Assembly: GCA_043228905.1 (NCBI GenBank) | Contig: JBHGNT010000005.1 | Coordinates: 2,170,001-2,234,000, forward strand | Length of the DNA: 64,000 nt | DNA from: Azolla caroliniana | Taxonomy: Eukaryota > Plantae > Polypodiophyta | Direction: 5' to 3' | Shown: piece by piece, positions 48,701-63,970 of the stretch | Layout: every line of letters begins with the position of its first letter | Position numbering within the stretch: position 1 is the stretch's first letter | Program-made: the position numbers and the translations under genes | The notes under the pieces: generated by a model | Database searches by the model: none | What the model was told of the DNA's origin: nothing | Seen by the model: the letters and a program-made list of their open reading frames with translations, nothing else

Positions 48701-51600
48701 GTAGATGGTGTGAAACATCATTATGGATCTTGAGAATGTCATTATGCCAGAAGACGTGAATTAGCAACAATACAACCCAATCCAATCCAATGCCACAAAA
48801 TGGCAAGAATTTTAGCCATATGCTTAGCATACAAATGGCATAACAGTTTCAGGTAAAAATATATGTGATAAAGCACATGAAGATAATCAATGACAAATTG
48901 TTCCTAAATTTCCACTAGTGAAAGCTCATATTAGAAATAAGATTAATAAACAAATTCATAGGTTACGGTTAACTAGCATAAGATTAAAGTAGTTATTCAT
49001 CAAACAATGTATGACCACAATTGAAGAATAATGTGATGAAGGAAAATAAGATGGACACAAATGCAAATCACTGTTACTACACTCTTACAAGCTCACGTAA
49101 CACATGGGTGTCACAAAGGGTTGTTTGTGGACATTGTGACAATAACATGTTGGGCCAAAACAATGAATCATCCTTTTCGTATTAGCGCATATTGTATGGT
49201 AGTATGTTGATATTTGAACCATCTCAACATAGGCATTTTATGTGTTCACTTACAACCCAATCACCTTGTAGCACCATTGCCTACTTGCAGTCCTTTATGA
49301 AATAACTTGTAGACTTGTAGTGCAAATTGAGTTTACAAATTTGTCTTCACTAAGGTATCCTCTTGTTTTTTAAATTAACAATTCGGTGACCAATTTTATT
49401 GAAGCAAAAGCCTTTGATGCACATACACTTGAAAATGTCCAAGCAATAACACGAATAGTTTATAATATTTTTTATTACCGATCTCAAGGACAAAATTTGT
49501 GAAGTTTACATAACAAAAATATATGTAGTGACATTTGGTGATGGCCATGCTAATTTTGGCAATATATGTTTTAAAAGAAAGTCAATATTTCCAAAGTTTT
49601 CTTTTTATGTAATGCCATAAAGAAAAGATGGGCAAAGAAAAGATGGGCGAAGTTTAATAACGTTGGATAAGATCAGCCTTATTTGGCGCCCAAAGTCGAA
49701 GAAACATAATAACATGGTATTGACGTCACCCCATCAAAGTGTGGCTGGCAAAGGGAAATCACTAAACTCAAAGCATTCACATTTCTCCACGTGTTTGTGT
49801 GTCTCTAAGGGAGCAAAGTGGGTTTACTCTTTCTTGAAAGGATATCATTCCCAATTTCCCAAAACACTTCCAATTTCCAAGGAGTGACATTTAATCATAG
49901 ATGGAGGGGATGCTTTTCTTCCTTTGCCTTTTTAACGCCAAAAACAAAGTTTCTAGAAGCAAAAGAGGATGTGCCCTTTGAAGTTTGCCCACTGGTATTT
50001 TTTAACACATACTAGAATTAGTAGTAGAAGAAGAAGTGGGAGCAAGGCACAAAGAACAATTATCTCTTACAAGCCAAGGACCATCCTTGTTTAATGAAGT
50101 TACGGCCCACGGGTTTCATTAGCATCCTACTAGCAACTAACTAACTAGCTATAGAAGCGCACCATACAACCAAAAAACCAATAGCATGTTTTTTGAGAAA
50201 AATACCTCAATGGTTGTGTAGTTCACTTATTTTCTAGAATATCCCTCCATGTTTCAGAACTACCAAAATACTCCACATTTTGGACTTACCATCACTCAAA
50301 AAATACACTTCATAACATACAATCGAAGTATTAATATACCTTATAAAATACCATTACATCCCAAACAACATAATTACTAAACTCAATACTCGATTTACAC
50401 CTAACTTAATTACCAACATGTCGTACATACTAAACATAATTACCTTTATATGTAGGTGGCAAATTGTACCAAAATGAATCACCATGGTTCATTACAATCA
50501 AAATGGTGCAAATTGTACTTGTTGGTGACATGCCTCATGAAAAAGGTGTCCCTATCTCTAACAAGGTAGCCTAGAAAAGTGAGACAAAATGGTCATGCTA
50601 AAATCTTTGGGATCATGTCATTGCATACCAAAAGCTTCATAATTATTATCAAAATGTGATGGAAGTTAACCCCAACAATGTAGTATATGATACAATTGAA
50701 GCTTGCTTTCCTTGTATTCTTTATATTGCAATGCAAGCATTAAATGATTTCCTCATTGTAAGTCAATCATCGGTCCACATGAAACTCATTTGAAGGCGGG
50801 ATATCTCGGTATAGCAAAATAAAGCTTTGTTTGCAATTGCATATAAAGTGGTAATAGCAAAGAGTAATGAGATTTGATGTTCCTCAATGCACATGTGAAC
50901 TAGCAGTTATTTCAAACAAAGGAGATATATTGATGGCATCATGTTGGTGTTTTGAAGTGATCCAACACAAGTCTATTGCACGCGCCATTTCACAAACAAA
51001 GTTAGAAAAGTATTTGAATCACTCAACTCCACTATATATGCAACTAATGTTCAGGATTTTGATATTTTCATTGGTACACTAGAAATGCAAGCTACAAATA
51101 GTTGTGTAGTTCATGAGCATACATGTAAGTTTTGAAGGAAATTATTTGAACATTTGACATTCAACATTGCCACGTCCCTAAACGCATGGTTGCAAGATGA
51201 TAGACATATGGCTATTAGAGGGATGTCCTTATATGAAAGAAGAATTGATTTAGAAAGAAGGATTCTTTTTGTCAAGTGTACATAATCCATTGATAGGATG
51301 TGCAAAGTAATCCATCAACAAAACCTTTACGTGAGGAAGACTTTGCCAAAAATTGTCATCTATGAAAGTTGTCTTCATATTCCCGTACTTCAAAACTGCC
51401 AAGATTACAAATCCAGCTGTAAGTACCTCTACATGAGTTTGGGTAACCAAATATTAACTGGTACCATAGGCACCTTGTGCACAGATTGCAATAGCTAGTT
51501 TGTCTAGAAATAAATATGGGCAACTTTGTCATACAACACATTTTCATTGCAATCACATCACAAGAATTACAAGGACCTAATATTCCTTGTCATTTTAGCA
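45750..51600 (-). mobile_element. Possible highly decayed CACTA-type transposon remnant
   Basis: CACTACAA at about 45750; faint transposase-like fragments on the minus strand at 50.4-51.5 kb; partner TIR not found. Confidence 0.25.
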
Positions 51601-53830
51601 CATGATAATGTTAATAGAGGTACGCTACCACCACCACCTCATGTAGAGTGTCTCCACATCCAAAAACCCAAAGTCGCATGCACAAGAGAAGAAAGAATAA
51701 CATCGCAAAGGTGTCGTAGAAAGAGACACAAGGTTTATTATAGTCGCAAGTCCCCCAATTCAATGATGATTTTTCCTTCTAAAATCTAGATGTCAAATCC
51801 CTAGCGATTTTATGCAAATTATATTTGGTATGGATGGTTTAGTATCCAATGAGATTTTGGCAATTAAATTTGGTCTGTATCGTATCTTGCTGAATAAGAT
51901 TTTGTGTTTTGCCGAGTGCATTTCTTTGAGCAGGGGGGGTGGTAATTCGAACTCCAGAGACGCGAAGAGGTATCTATGTATTAGAAAGGTGAACTCACCG
52001 GAGCATTCTGATGTAGTTTTCCCTATGTTTTTCTTTTAATGAACTCGCACACTATCAAGGAATATCTTCACTCAACCTAATACTAGATAGAAATAGACAC
52101 AATCAGAAAAATGCACCTTTCATCTGAACGTAATTATGCACCTTTCCTTCTCCAGTTGAAATCAGATTTTGGCTACTTGATATATACCGCCGCAACAGAG
52201 TTATAATGATGCTGAATTCAATTTCTTATTTCATAAATCAACAGATGGATTTATTTATTGTTGGCTATATATAAATGCATGATCTAATATTATTCATCCT
52301 ACAGGATAACATTCAGATGGTAGTAAATTTGACAATCAGATACTAATAATAGCAAAAAATGGATTCTGATTGAAATATCATTTATTTCAGAACGCAGAAA
52401 TCAATAGAAGTTGCACGTGGTCCAATGTCATCCTCACCCAGACGGCAACCAGTAAATATCACGTCTGCAACATACATACTTGCTTTTTCCCTTAATCGCA
52501 ATGATCAATCGCCCTTCGGGAAGAGAAATGAGGCAAGAAATATAAAACAGTCATAAAGGCTTTCTGCTCCACTTTTTGCTGTATGCATGTATGTATGTAT
52601 GTATGTGTAATAAAGGCTTTCTTCCCCACTTTTTGCTATATGCATGTATGTATGTATGTGTATACAGCAGGAGAAGAATGATGAAGGAAGAGCAGAGAAA
52701 TATACTGGTTGTCAGCCAAAAAGGAAAGATGAAAAAAAAAACAAAAAATATCCTTAAGCTCGTTGATCCTGACACAGTCATTAAATGCCATAGAGAAACG
52801 TACACAGCCACACTCACATACATATATACAATACGATAAGTATTCCTAAGTTCTATGATAATTAAGCCACATTAAAACACTGGCACTTGCGAGTGATGAC
52901 CCTAGACTCTAGGTCAACAACACGCATACACAGACAGAAAGAAGGAGATGTAGATAGATAAGGACGTTATAAGAATGACTACATAACTTATTGGATAGTC
53001 ACAATAATAGCAGAGACAACATTAAATGAAAGTGAAGTTAGAGAGTCAGTCAAGTCAGTCAGTCGCTCAGTGTATTGTAGAGCAAAGAAGTAGGTATTCC
53101 ACCTAAAAATCATGTAGAATATTTGCCTAGACTTACTACCAACAAAGCATTCCAACGACATAATGAAATTGAACTGCACTATACAGGCGCATTAAACGTG
53201 GAATGTATGTACACATCAAATATACTGTAGAGATACATTAAACGTAAGCTAATAATGTATGCATAAATCCTAATATACTGGAGGTGAAGTATTGAGATGC
53301 ACAAAACGTATCATGAATTTGTAACGCTTCGTATACTTTGTATCTAATGAATGGTAAAGGTATAAGCCTCAATATACTATAGTAGTTTGTGTACAATACA
53401 GAAATGAAAACTACTTCTAATACTACGACTACCACGAACTAGCGTGTGCTTTCGTTAGATGGACATCTGTTATGTATGGACCATTGAGCAGAGCCAAAGA
53501 GAGAGAGAGAGAGGAAGGGGAGAGCATAGTACTGATCAGGTTTTGTAAGACGTACAAACACTCGCTGCACCTAGTATTCAAAAAACAATTATATATATAA
53601 ATATATGCAAAATCGCTGAGTTTGATGTTAGTGGTAGTCATTCATTTAATGTCTTTGTCCTCCTTAAATCTGAAAATAAGATATTGAGAAGGAAGAACTC
53701 CACCTAGGAACTTCAAGAGAGTAGGTTCGGTTAGCAAGGTAAGTAAGTAGAAACATATAACAAGAAGGTGTCGACAGAATTTAAGAAGGTGTTGAGGAAG
53801 AATTACGATTTGAATTAGTTAGTAAGGACA

Positions 53831-55138
53831 TCAATGGCGACTACCACTAGCACGACGGCTCCATGGCGGCACAATTTGCACGCTAGGTCTGCCACAGCAA
53901 GAAGAAGAAGGATTAGAACTTGCCGTAGGGCTCAATGTAGAAGAATTGCTTGTACTAGGGACATAATAGTTAACATGATGATGACGAAGCCCTGATGTTA
54001 TTGTTGTTGAAGAATGACCGGCAGAAGAAGAAGGATTATTACCAACACCTAAGATATCTACCAATGTACCTGGTGTGCTTAACACCTGCGCTGTTCTTTC
54101 AGACAAAACCTTGTTCTCCACGCTCTCCTTGGCGTCCTCCATAGCTTTCTGCTGCATCATGAGGTTCAATGGCCTAGCAGACGTATTATTACTGTTACCT
54201 TCGTTTAATGCTTGTAAGAAACATACACACACTCCTCCTGCATAGTTGAAAAGGTCTATAGGGCTTATCATCGGTTGTGGCATCTGAGACGGCATTACTT
54301 GATGCAGAATCGCTCTGCCTCCATAGCCTTTCAACACTGTGTCTAAAACCATTAATGTCTCCAATATGGGCTTGACCGCTTCCCTTTTCGCTTCTTCTTC
54401 ATCGTATGATCCTTTTTTGGCAAGTTTCCCTCGCTTAATAAGCTCTTTTACTATCTCGTTCTTCAAACTGACCACACTCGTATTCTGATCTAACATACAA
54501 TCCACCTTATTATGCTCTACTGCGTCTAGGCCTAGATTCCTTGCGAATGCACACAGTATATTCTTCTCCTTTTCTATGTTCTTGAACTGCTCGACTGTGT
54601 AGAAAGCTTCAGGATCGTAGCTTAATGGAAGCATCTTCTCCGCAAACGCTTTGAAAACTATGCGAGAAAGAGCGTTTAGTCCACTTCCAAGCTCGATCTC
54701 TCTCGCCTTCTCATATCTCTCAGCTTTCGACATATTCCTGTTATAGTTGTTATCATCTGTTCTAATATCATCATTATCACCATTTTAATATATATATATA
54801 TATATAATAGATATATGTGATTTACATAGATTTAAGATTCACAAAAATGCAAGTTTTTCCTTTAATCTGACACGTATCTGATATGCCAGACTTTTCTCTT
54901 TTACCATAGCTTCTTTAATCACAAAACGTTTTTTCCATGATCTTAAAGCATACACTTTTAAATTCATAAGCAGAACTTTATTAATAAATTAATGACCTAT
55001 AAGTAGGATTGATGCTTGATATTCTGCTTCTTCTTGATCTCTCTGTCGTTTCTCTTCCTTTTCCAGTTTCTTCAACTCGCGACTGAATTTCTTAGCCATT
55101 TTCTCAATCTCTGTTGTAGCTCGAGCTGTTCGAGACAT
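53831..55138 (-). CDS. Orphan host-like protein (about 350 aa; helical core, Ser/His-rich tail), function unknown
   Basis: 300-aa ORF 53831-54733 plus an upstream coding exon (ATG 55138, MSRTARATTEIEK...) that joins in frame through an AG acceptor at 54757; donor/acceptor sites and a CT-rich leader up to about 56660 suggest UTR introns. Confidence 0.6.
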
Positions 55139-57249
55139 ATTGAAGAACCTGCTTATGCGTCGTCGATTTCTGATGTCAAGTTTGGGATGAAATTTTAATT
55201 TATATATTTAATTGCGCAACATGTCAAAATCATCGTTACCATTTATTTAATCTACAAACTACTTACATCTAATCAAGTTCATCGCATGACATTGGACAGA
55301 CCAAACAACAATATTTCAATCTTGCCATTATAGATAGAGAATATCATCGACCAAGTATTGAAGAAAACGGATTTATTACAACGAGTTATTTCAGATGAAC
55401 AGGCAACAAATCGGTATCAATATTGGAACAATATCTGAGTAAAGCATGTAGAGCATTACAGGTTGATTCCTATTAGCACCGTTTTCAGCATTTCTGTGGA
55501 CTTGGCGATGACACTGACCTCAGAAGAGGTAACTCAATATTGCCAATCACCTACAGGTCTTTTCTTAGAATAAATACTGTTTTGCTTTGTCTGTAATTCC
55601 TATGTGAAACCATAAGGGAGAATTGATGTACTGTAATGGGAGAAAGACGGGAAAATAAATATTTCGGAACCATGTTTACATTTCCGGTTAGTATAAAAGG
55701 AACGTATTTCTTCACGATTGAAGATGAACCATGCTACGCAGGTTTGATTTGATTGATCGGTACAGTGTTGAACTTTTACCTTTATCTCTGAAGGAGAGCT
55801 GACCAAACTATTAATCTGTCAACAACTCAAAGCAATAGATATCATTAATGAAGCAAGTCTTCTATACTCTTTGCCGAGTGGGGAGTGCCATGGTCAAATC
55901 ATGTTACAAAAGTAAACATCATATAAACTCAAAAACTGGAGTATTTGTGCAAAGAGAAATGGGTTTCTAATCAAGAAATGGATTTCTAATCAAATAGATG
56001 ATTACCTAACATATGAGCTAATTAAAAACCTTTGGAAGATATTTTTCTTAGGAACGATTTAACTAAAAACAGCTTAAATAACTTGCACATGTATTTATGT
56101 GTTAGACAGAGAATAGGAGCCACTACTTTGACAAACATGTGGGTGCACACTTACAGAGAAAATGTAAGCTCCATTAGCGAAATGGATGGCTATCAACATA
56201 GAGAAAATACGTATGCAACGCTCGCATAGGTAACTTACAGTATAAAAGATAAAATAATGCTACGGGAAGCACAGTAAGGATTACTACCACGGAGAAGATG
56301 AATCAAACCTTCTAATAATAAGAAGGCCTGCTTATCTAAGAATGAGAAACGGGAAGGGAATATAACAAACTGAGAATGGTAACAATATCGGTAAGGAAAG
56401 GATGACACGAGTGTACAGTCGTGATATAATAACGGAATGCACAAACAGTTCCTGCAGCTATGGAGAATACAGTGTTGATTGTAAACTGAGAAAGGAAATG
56501 AGAAGTGGATAGAGGTACATTTCTTATAGATTGTTATTTACCTCTGAGTGTGTGCTTGTATGTGTGAGTGTGTATCTGTGGTGTCTTCGCTTAGCAGTGG
56601 AAATTAGAGCTTCGCCATGAATCCTTCAGAAGTGGAATAGGTAGGAGGAGGAGGAACGAAAGCGTGGGAAGAGAAAACATTTTGTATTTGTATTTATACT
56701 CAAGGATTGAATTCACACACGAGAGAGTCTGTCCTTTTCTGTAATTCTGAAAATGCCCCTCTCACAATTTTCTATAATTTCGAAAGTGCTCGCCTTTCAG
56801 CTTTTATTATAATTTCCGAAAACCACTAGTTTAACCCTAATCAGCTTACCCTACAACTGGGCTATTATTATGATGATGATCATGATGAGGCTACCAACCA
56901 ACAAAAGGTGTTCTCGGGTCAAGATCTCGGCTTTTTGCGAATCAGTTGTTTAACGGTTCACACAACCTTCCTTCCAACTATTTCCTTAGTGGCACTCTCC
57001 TTTGCTACGGTTAACTTGAATGCCTCTCTTATTACTAGTTGGCTTGGGAGTGTACTTCTCGTGTACTATATATAATTCCTCGAATGCCACTCTTATTTAT
57101 TATGGTTGCTAGATAGTACCTCGAGAAGCCTAGCGTGCATTAATGCACAACGAAAAAAACCAAATGGGAAAAGCTTGCAATCATGAATCTATTGTAATGG
57201 TAATTGGTAACGAATCATCTGAACAACATGGGGCATGAATATTCAAAGT

Positions 57250-58092
57250 TAAGTGGTTTAATTAGCGAACAAAGGGAGGGTTTAGGGGCGTTCTGAGATT
57301 TTGTAACCTTGAGTGCCATTTTGGGAATTTCACTAATTGAAGTGGTATTGTCACAATTTTGCTTAAAGCATGTATGTACACAAATATGTATTGAATATCT
57401 ATGATTGTATATGCAATTTACATAGTTTTCCCAACTTGTTGTACAATATTTCACTTATATTGGTTGCCTTTATGACGTTCTAAACATTTTACACAATCAG
57501 GACAGGAGACCACATTATAACATCGACTTAGTGGTTTAATTAGCGAACAAAGGGAGGGTTTAGGGGCATTCTAAGATTTTGTAACCTTGAGTGCCATTTT
57601 GGGAATTTCACTAATTGAAGTGGTATTGTCACAATTTTGCTTAAAGCATGTATGTACACAAGTATGTATTGAATATCTATGATTGTATATGCAATTTACA
57701 TAGTTTTCCCAATTTGTTGTACAATATTTCACTTATATCGGTTGCCTTTATGACGTTCTAACCCTTTTACACAGTCAAGATAGGAGACCACATTATAACA
57801 TTGATTTAGTGGTTTAATTAGCGAACAAAGTGAGGGTTTGTTTAGGGGCGTTCTGAGATTTTGTAACCTTGAGTGCCATTTTGGGAATTTCGCTAATTGA
57901 AGTGGTATTGTCACAATTTTGTTTAAAGCATGTATGTACACAAGTATGTATTGAATATCTACGATTGTATATGCAATTTACATAGTTTTCCCAAATTCTT
58001 GTACAATATTTCACTCATATTGGTTGCCTTTATGACGTTCTAAACATTTTAGACAGTCAAGACAGGAAACCACATTATAACATCGACTTAGT
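57250..58092. repeat. 278-bp tandem repeat, three copies
   Basis: AGTGGTTTAATTAGCGAACAAAG at 57252, 57530 and 57808. Confidence 0.93.
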
Positions 58093-59931
58093 AATAGTGA
58101 TTTTACATCTTGATTCAATCCTCGAGATCCTAAAGTAAGAAGACATAGGAAGAGAACAAGACATTCTCCGCTAAATCACAAAGTGAAAGCATTCCCTGTA
58201 TACATAATATAGATGTCTCTAAAACGTATTAAATTATCATAGATTCACGAGTTTACCTTATTGAAAATCTAAATATAGTGGTGAGTGGCTTGCAGTTGTG
58301 GGTTCTAGTCTCGAGTAATGGGGTTGATGTACAATGGCATTAAATTCGAGATCATTCAAACTAAAAAGTTTGCTCCTATTAAAATTACCTATGTTAACAA
58401 TACAAGATAAAATGCACCAAAGCGCAAACATTGCATGCCTTTATATGTCCAATATTGATTATAATCATACATAATGTGTCGGGAAATGTCAACTATACCC
58501 CGAATAGTCTTCGTGGATTGATGAATATAATATGCAAATGGTGAAAAAGTAAAGAAGTTCATTGTTTAAATATAATTATCAAAAGGCGAAGATGACTAAG
58601 AGTAAACTCATTAAAAGAACGTCGGGTATGTGTTGTAAAAATCATTTAAAAACAACATTTGTTGCTTAAAAAGGCATTTGTATGTTGTTCATTTGACTCA
58701 ATCTCAATTAACAATACTAATTCCTTTTTTTCTATAAAAAAATCCTCCGGTGGTATTAAAATTAAAGTAAACAATATACATATATTGTCTTGCATTTGTT
58801 CAAAACTAACAAGAGCACCTCCTCGGCATATACAAGGTCTCTATAGCCTCTTTTGAGTGCAGTCCATGAGACGATATTTGAAACCATAATTGTGGTAAAT
58901 GTTTTTTGTATAGTTTCTCCGTTTCGAGCATATCCTGAAATTAAACAAGTCCATTCAATAAGACTTCTTGATTGTCTTATAGCAAAGACTTGTTAAGGTT
59001 CAACCATACTTCCACATTTTGCATACATCTCAATAAGAGCACTTGTTTCTGTGACCTTCATGTATCACTCATTAAAACAATATCATGCATTATAACAACA
59101 TATTATGTGGGTCACTTGTGCATGTTTTTGTGCTAATTCCTTTTCATATGTGTACCACTTGCTTGTGGTGAAAAAAGGTAATGTCATCAATACAATTCAA
59201 TAATAATCTCATAATGTTGGGATCAAATTCAGTGTAGGGTTCTCATACTCTCTCTCTCAACTATTAGGTCAAAAGGTTAAGGTATACTCATAGAGTTGGA
59301 CTCTATGATCAAATTCTTTGTAGGCTTCCCATACAAGCTTCTCTCTCTCTAAATGCAAGGTTTACTCATAGATGGTTAGACGCTATGTTTCACAAACTTG
59401 TATAGGCTTCTCATGCTATAGTTAAGAGTTAATACTTAGCACGGGTTGGACTTTATGCTTCTCAAACTTCCTCTTTCTCTCTAATTTTTAGTTTGTAGAA
59501 TTAGATTTAGAGAGAGTGGAACTAAGAACATGAGTTAGAGAGGGGTGGACTCTATGTTGGATATAGGACATGATTTGAAGGTGAAGCTTACAAATGATAA
59601 ATGGTCAAATATGTATTCATTCATGATGAAATTATTTTATCATACAATAAGCACACAACCCTATGATCCCCAAATTGTTGATACCTCCATCTCAACTATG
59701 GCCTATTCCTTGGTAATGAAGGCTGGAGTCATTTTATTAAGAGCCTTGCACAAAGATTATAATGATGTTTTAGCATTCTTTGGGGCCACAAACATGACTC
59801 ATGGCACCAAATTTGTTATCTATTACGTTTTCTCTACTACGGGTAAAAGATAACACAAAGTGATACACCATCCCTTTCTACAACCATAGAGGTTTATGCA
59901 TTTAGTGTTGTAGAATCACACATGGAACACT

Positions 59932-59966
<35 letters not shown>

Positions 59967-61399
59967 ACAAATAATGGAGTTAAACGATTTCACAAAGAAG
60001 GGGGTCCAATTTGCTTTTACTAGTCATGGTGTTGGTGTTGCACCGAATGAAATGAGCCATCTTGAATGGCATAAGCCTAAAATCCAAATGTTATGGTTCC
60101 AGTTTATTAAGAAGGCTTAAGCATTTTCAAATGAAGAAAAATAGGACAAGCTAAGGAGTAGATATTAGTAAGTTCACAAAACTCACGGATATAGTGCTCA
60201 AGCACAATCATAAAGAGATGGCAAAGTGTGATGACACATGACGAGTCAAAGAATGTGATTATGAAACTTGAGGAGCACTTATGGAGTGTTCCTTGTGGTA
60301 GGGAGCAATTTGAAGTGTTAGAATAATAGGAATGGTTATGGCTTTAGTATTTTGGGCACCAACGTTTCCTAATATTGTAGACAATGCAAATAGAAGTGTT
60401 TGTAATTAAGTTGCCCGCATTTGAGGTGAAGGCAAGTTGGGAGGCTTTCACGAGGAGCAAGAACCATAGGAAGTATTTTCTATAGGAGGTAAAAAATACA
60501 AAGAAGTTTCATCTATGGTTGATCCAACCAAACACTACACAAATATAAAAATACCCTCTCAGGGAAATTTCTTTAGATAGGTATGAGGGGTAGATTTCCT
60601 CCCTCTCTAATATTATAGAAAAGATATCAATATTAGAAAGAATTGTAACCAATGAATACATAACAGTGATGGCATGATGTATGATAAAGATAGAAAACAT
60701 TGGCCACTCATCTTGGGATGTTTGGTTGCCTTGATGTGATGCGACTAAAATGTGTAAGACTATGTTGGATGCCAAGAGCATGGAATGCACATTTGCCAAT
60801 CCAAACTAGAGTCCAATAAAATAGACTATATAATCCAATTGGAAAAAAGGTCATACTCAATTGACACATGGAGTTTGATGGAATTCTACATACCTCAAGT
60901 CATAAAAGATTAAGGAAATAAAAGGAATGTGTATTGCGTATGTCAACTAATGGAAGAGAGGTAAAAGCCAAAATTCCTAGATGAAGACCATGACGATGAT
61001 GTAGTGAGCCTTGAAGACAAGAAAGAGGGCCATGTTCAGAGTGAGTATGTGGGCTCAGTAATATATGGAATGAGTATGTTGATTATATCATATAATATGT
61101 TTGAGACACTTGAGGATATTAGATGACAACTTCTCAATGGAAATGTACAAAAAAAGCAAGTTGAATTGTGGCATTAATCCAAGAATATCGTGGGAATCCA
61201 AGTATGGCAAAAAAGACCCTACATGGAAGAAAGCCATATGAATCGGGAAATTTTTCATGATATCAACCTTGGATTTTAATTGATAGACTATACAAGAAAG
61301 AAAGCGGGACCAAGTGAGTGAAGAATGTTGAAAACGAATTTAATGAATCAATGGTCAAATATTGAGCAACGTTTCAAGTCAAAGATATGTGTAGATGAA

Positions 61400-62600
61400 G
61401 GAACCCAAATTTAAGGAATCAGTGGCTCTAATTCCAAGGCAAGAAGGATTCAAAGGGTCCTATTATTGTCTACATTGGGAATTTGCTTACCATAGGAGAT
61501 GAATGCAGAAATCCACTTTTCAATATGGATAAAGTATTTGTGGAGGAACTATTGAGCTTCACATTATGTACATGACATGGAAGGAATGATTGTAAGGTTT
61601 TGCATATATCTCTATATCAATTGAAGTCAACCTCAAGGGCTTGGTATGAGTAAGTGAATAGATTCTTCATCAAAAGTAGGCCCATAAGACACCTTCTACA
61701 AAGTCCTATCGTCGGTCGTAGGATTATTGTACATCATTGTACATAGAAAGTTGTAAGCTTTTGGGCAGACAAGTTCAAGTTGTAGCCTTCGAGCATTTTT
61801 TCTTAATACTATTGAAAAAAATCTTTGAAGAAAAAAAAAGTAGGCCCATAAGGTGTTATAGACATGATATTTTTGACAGGTTCATAAGCTATTTTATAGG
61901 TTAGGGATAGGATAGTTGGGAAACCGATTATCCCAAGGATTGGGACAAAATCATAAGGACCTATAATAACAAATCATAATTCATGGTGGTCAAGGAGCAT
62001 TAGGTGTTAGGACTATATAAGGGTGATTATATACCCTCTTCATTACGACATCTTGAGATGTTGTTGAAACTCTACTAGTGAGGCGAAGCTCTCTTATTAG
62101 AATGAGTTATTCGGCTACCAAGGTATTACATATGTTAATATGCGGTGTTGTGGGGTCTTTATGGTATTTTATGTTTGTCTCGTGTCCTTCACCTAGGGGT
62201 GGTCGGAATACTTATCCTTAATATTTTATTATATTTGAAAATTCAAAATTAAATAATTGGATCAAACTATGTGCGATGCCACTTAGGAGAAAGACAAGCA
62301 TGTTCTTAAGTTCCCTTATTTTGATTTGTTTGTGCAATAGTGCAATCTCTTGGTAATATGAATGGTATGATTAAGTTTAAGATCTAAGTTTGGCTAAGGG
62401 ATTATGTTGGGCACGTATTGTGATGCTAAACGGGTTGGTGGTTTGATATATTTTGATGGGCAAGAAATAAGCAACCAAATAAGTGATTGTACTCGATACA
62501 AGTGGGGTACAAGCCAAGTAACTATCTTGTTTTCTCTAGTAGAAATGGAGGTCTAAGCCAAATAGCTATGCAAAGCACAAACAAGTTTACATTTTGAACA
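61400..62600 (+). pseudogene. Very decayed copia RT/RNase H remnant
   Basis: Traces of SLYQLKSTSRAWY-like and RNase H-like segments. Confidence 0.35.
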
Positions 62601-63189
62601 TCCTCATCAAGATTTACTTTCTACAAAACTCACGTAGTTTTAAGTTACTTCTAGATTGTTGCAAAGTATTTTCAATTTGTTTATTATTACTTTCGGCTAT
62701 CCTCGAGCATAAAATAAAAACTAAATCATCACTTCTTTTTCATCAAATAAAGTCCAAGATAATTGATCCAAAATTGCGAGTTGTTCTCAACATGAAGGGT
62801 TTATTTGGAAAAAGTAACTCTACATGTAAGGAGAATTTTTCATGCAAATTTTGAGAAGCCATTTGCAAGTGAAATAATAAGATGATATCATCCTAAAATC
62901 CCAAAAAGAATCATGGCATTTAGGATAGCTATGAGAAAGTTTCATATTCTTTCCAATTATCAAGATACATTGTTTTAGTTACAAGCATGCCACATATTGA
63001 AACCTCCAATTCTAGATTTGATTGAAGATATGCTTCAGGTAGATTGGTTATTTGGGGGGATGTAAAAGCTTGGCCAAACAACATACAATGGGGGGATCAT
63101 ATGAGGTTCCAACCTTGATATTGCACCATCATCTAATGTAGTATATTGCACCAGTTGGGTGGAAAAGCCCCATCACTATTTATTTGTTC

Positions 63190-63970
63190 ACGTGAGAAGT
63201 GCGCCAACAAATGAGCCCATGTAACTGTCGATTCGGTCTTCATGGATAGAACCAGGAGTAGGATATAGAACTCATCCCCCCTGAAAAGGTCAAAGTGTTT
63301 TTCTGGTTAATCACCCATCAAGCTGTTCCAACGAGAGAGTGGCTTGTGAAAAGCGGTGGCATGAGCGATTGCAAGGCTTGCGGAGCGAGTTTAGAGGACA
63401 TCGCACATTATTTGTGGAGCTTCCCGCTTGCCCAATAAGTTTGGACGAGGAGCTTAAGAATCTTGGCTCAGTATGGGGTTAATGTTCATATATTAAGCGC
63501 AACATTTATATGGTTGGCTATTGAATTGGCCGCGTGGTTCCATGCGTGAAATGAAAATAGTCCTTCTTCAAAGGTGGTGCATGGAATTGTACAAACCTTA
63601 ATATAGGGGGGTTCATGATACGTGGACATTTGGTTATTAGTGGCCAACACTACAATTTGGCAAGTGTTGCTATCTAGATGCAAAGAGTCTTTCACGGGTA
63701 AATCGACTGAGAGTTTAATGATGATCTACTTTAATCTTATTTCTACGTTACAAGGAGAGTTTGAAAGCATTTAGGGGACCTTGAATGCGAATGAAGAAGT
63801 TAGAGGCTGTTTCGTCCTGAAATGGAGAGGTTCTCCGATGTTGCAAATGGTGGACGACAATGCAAAGTGGATTTATTAGCCAACACAATGGTTGTTTCCA
63901 CCAAGGCTACCAAACATCGCAAATAGGTGGGCGTTGCCACGTGAGGAGATTGGAGGATGTCTATGCTAAA
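63190..63970 (+). mobile_element. 5'-truncated LINE (L1-type) fragment, zf-RVT region
   Basis: PEKVKVFFWLITHQAVPTREWL...CKACGASLEDIAHYLWSFPLAQ*VW matches the zf-RVT pattern. Confidence 0.75.

Noticed and set aside
52551-52665. Short tandem duplication with (TATG)n
   Set aside because: Ordinary slippage duplication, no evidence of function
41800-53800. Short ORFs in AT-rich DNA as genes
   Set aside because: Random-looking translations, no coherent exon chains; consistent with decayed TE debris
53831-54733. Assignment as a viral nucleocapsid
   Set aside because: No motif match to the tospovirus or tenuivirus N proteins that I can recall; left as an orphan
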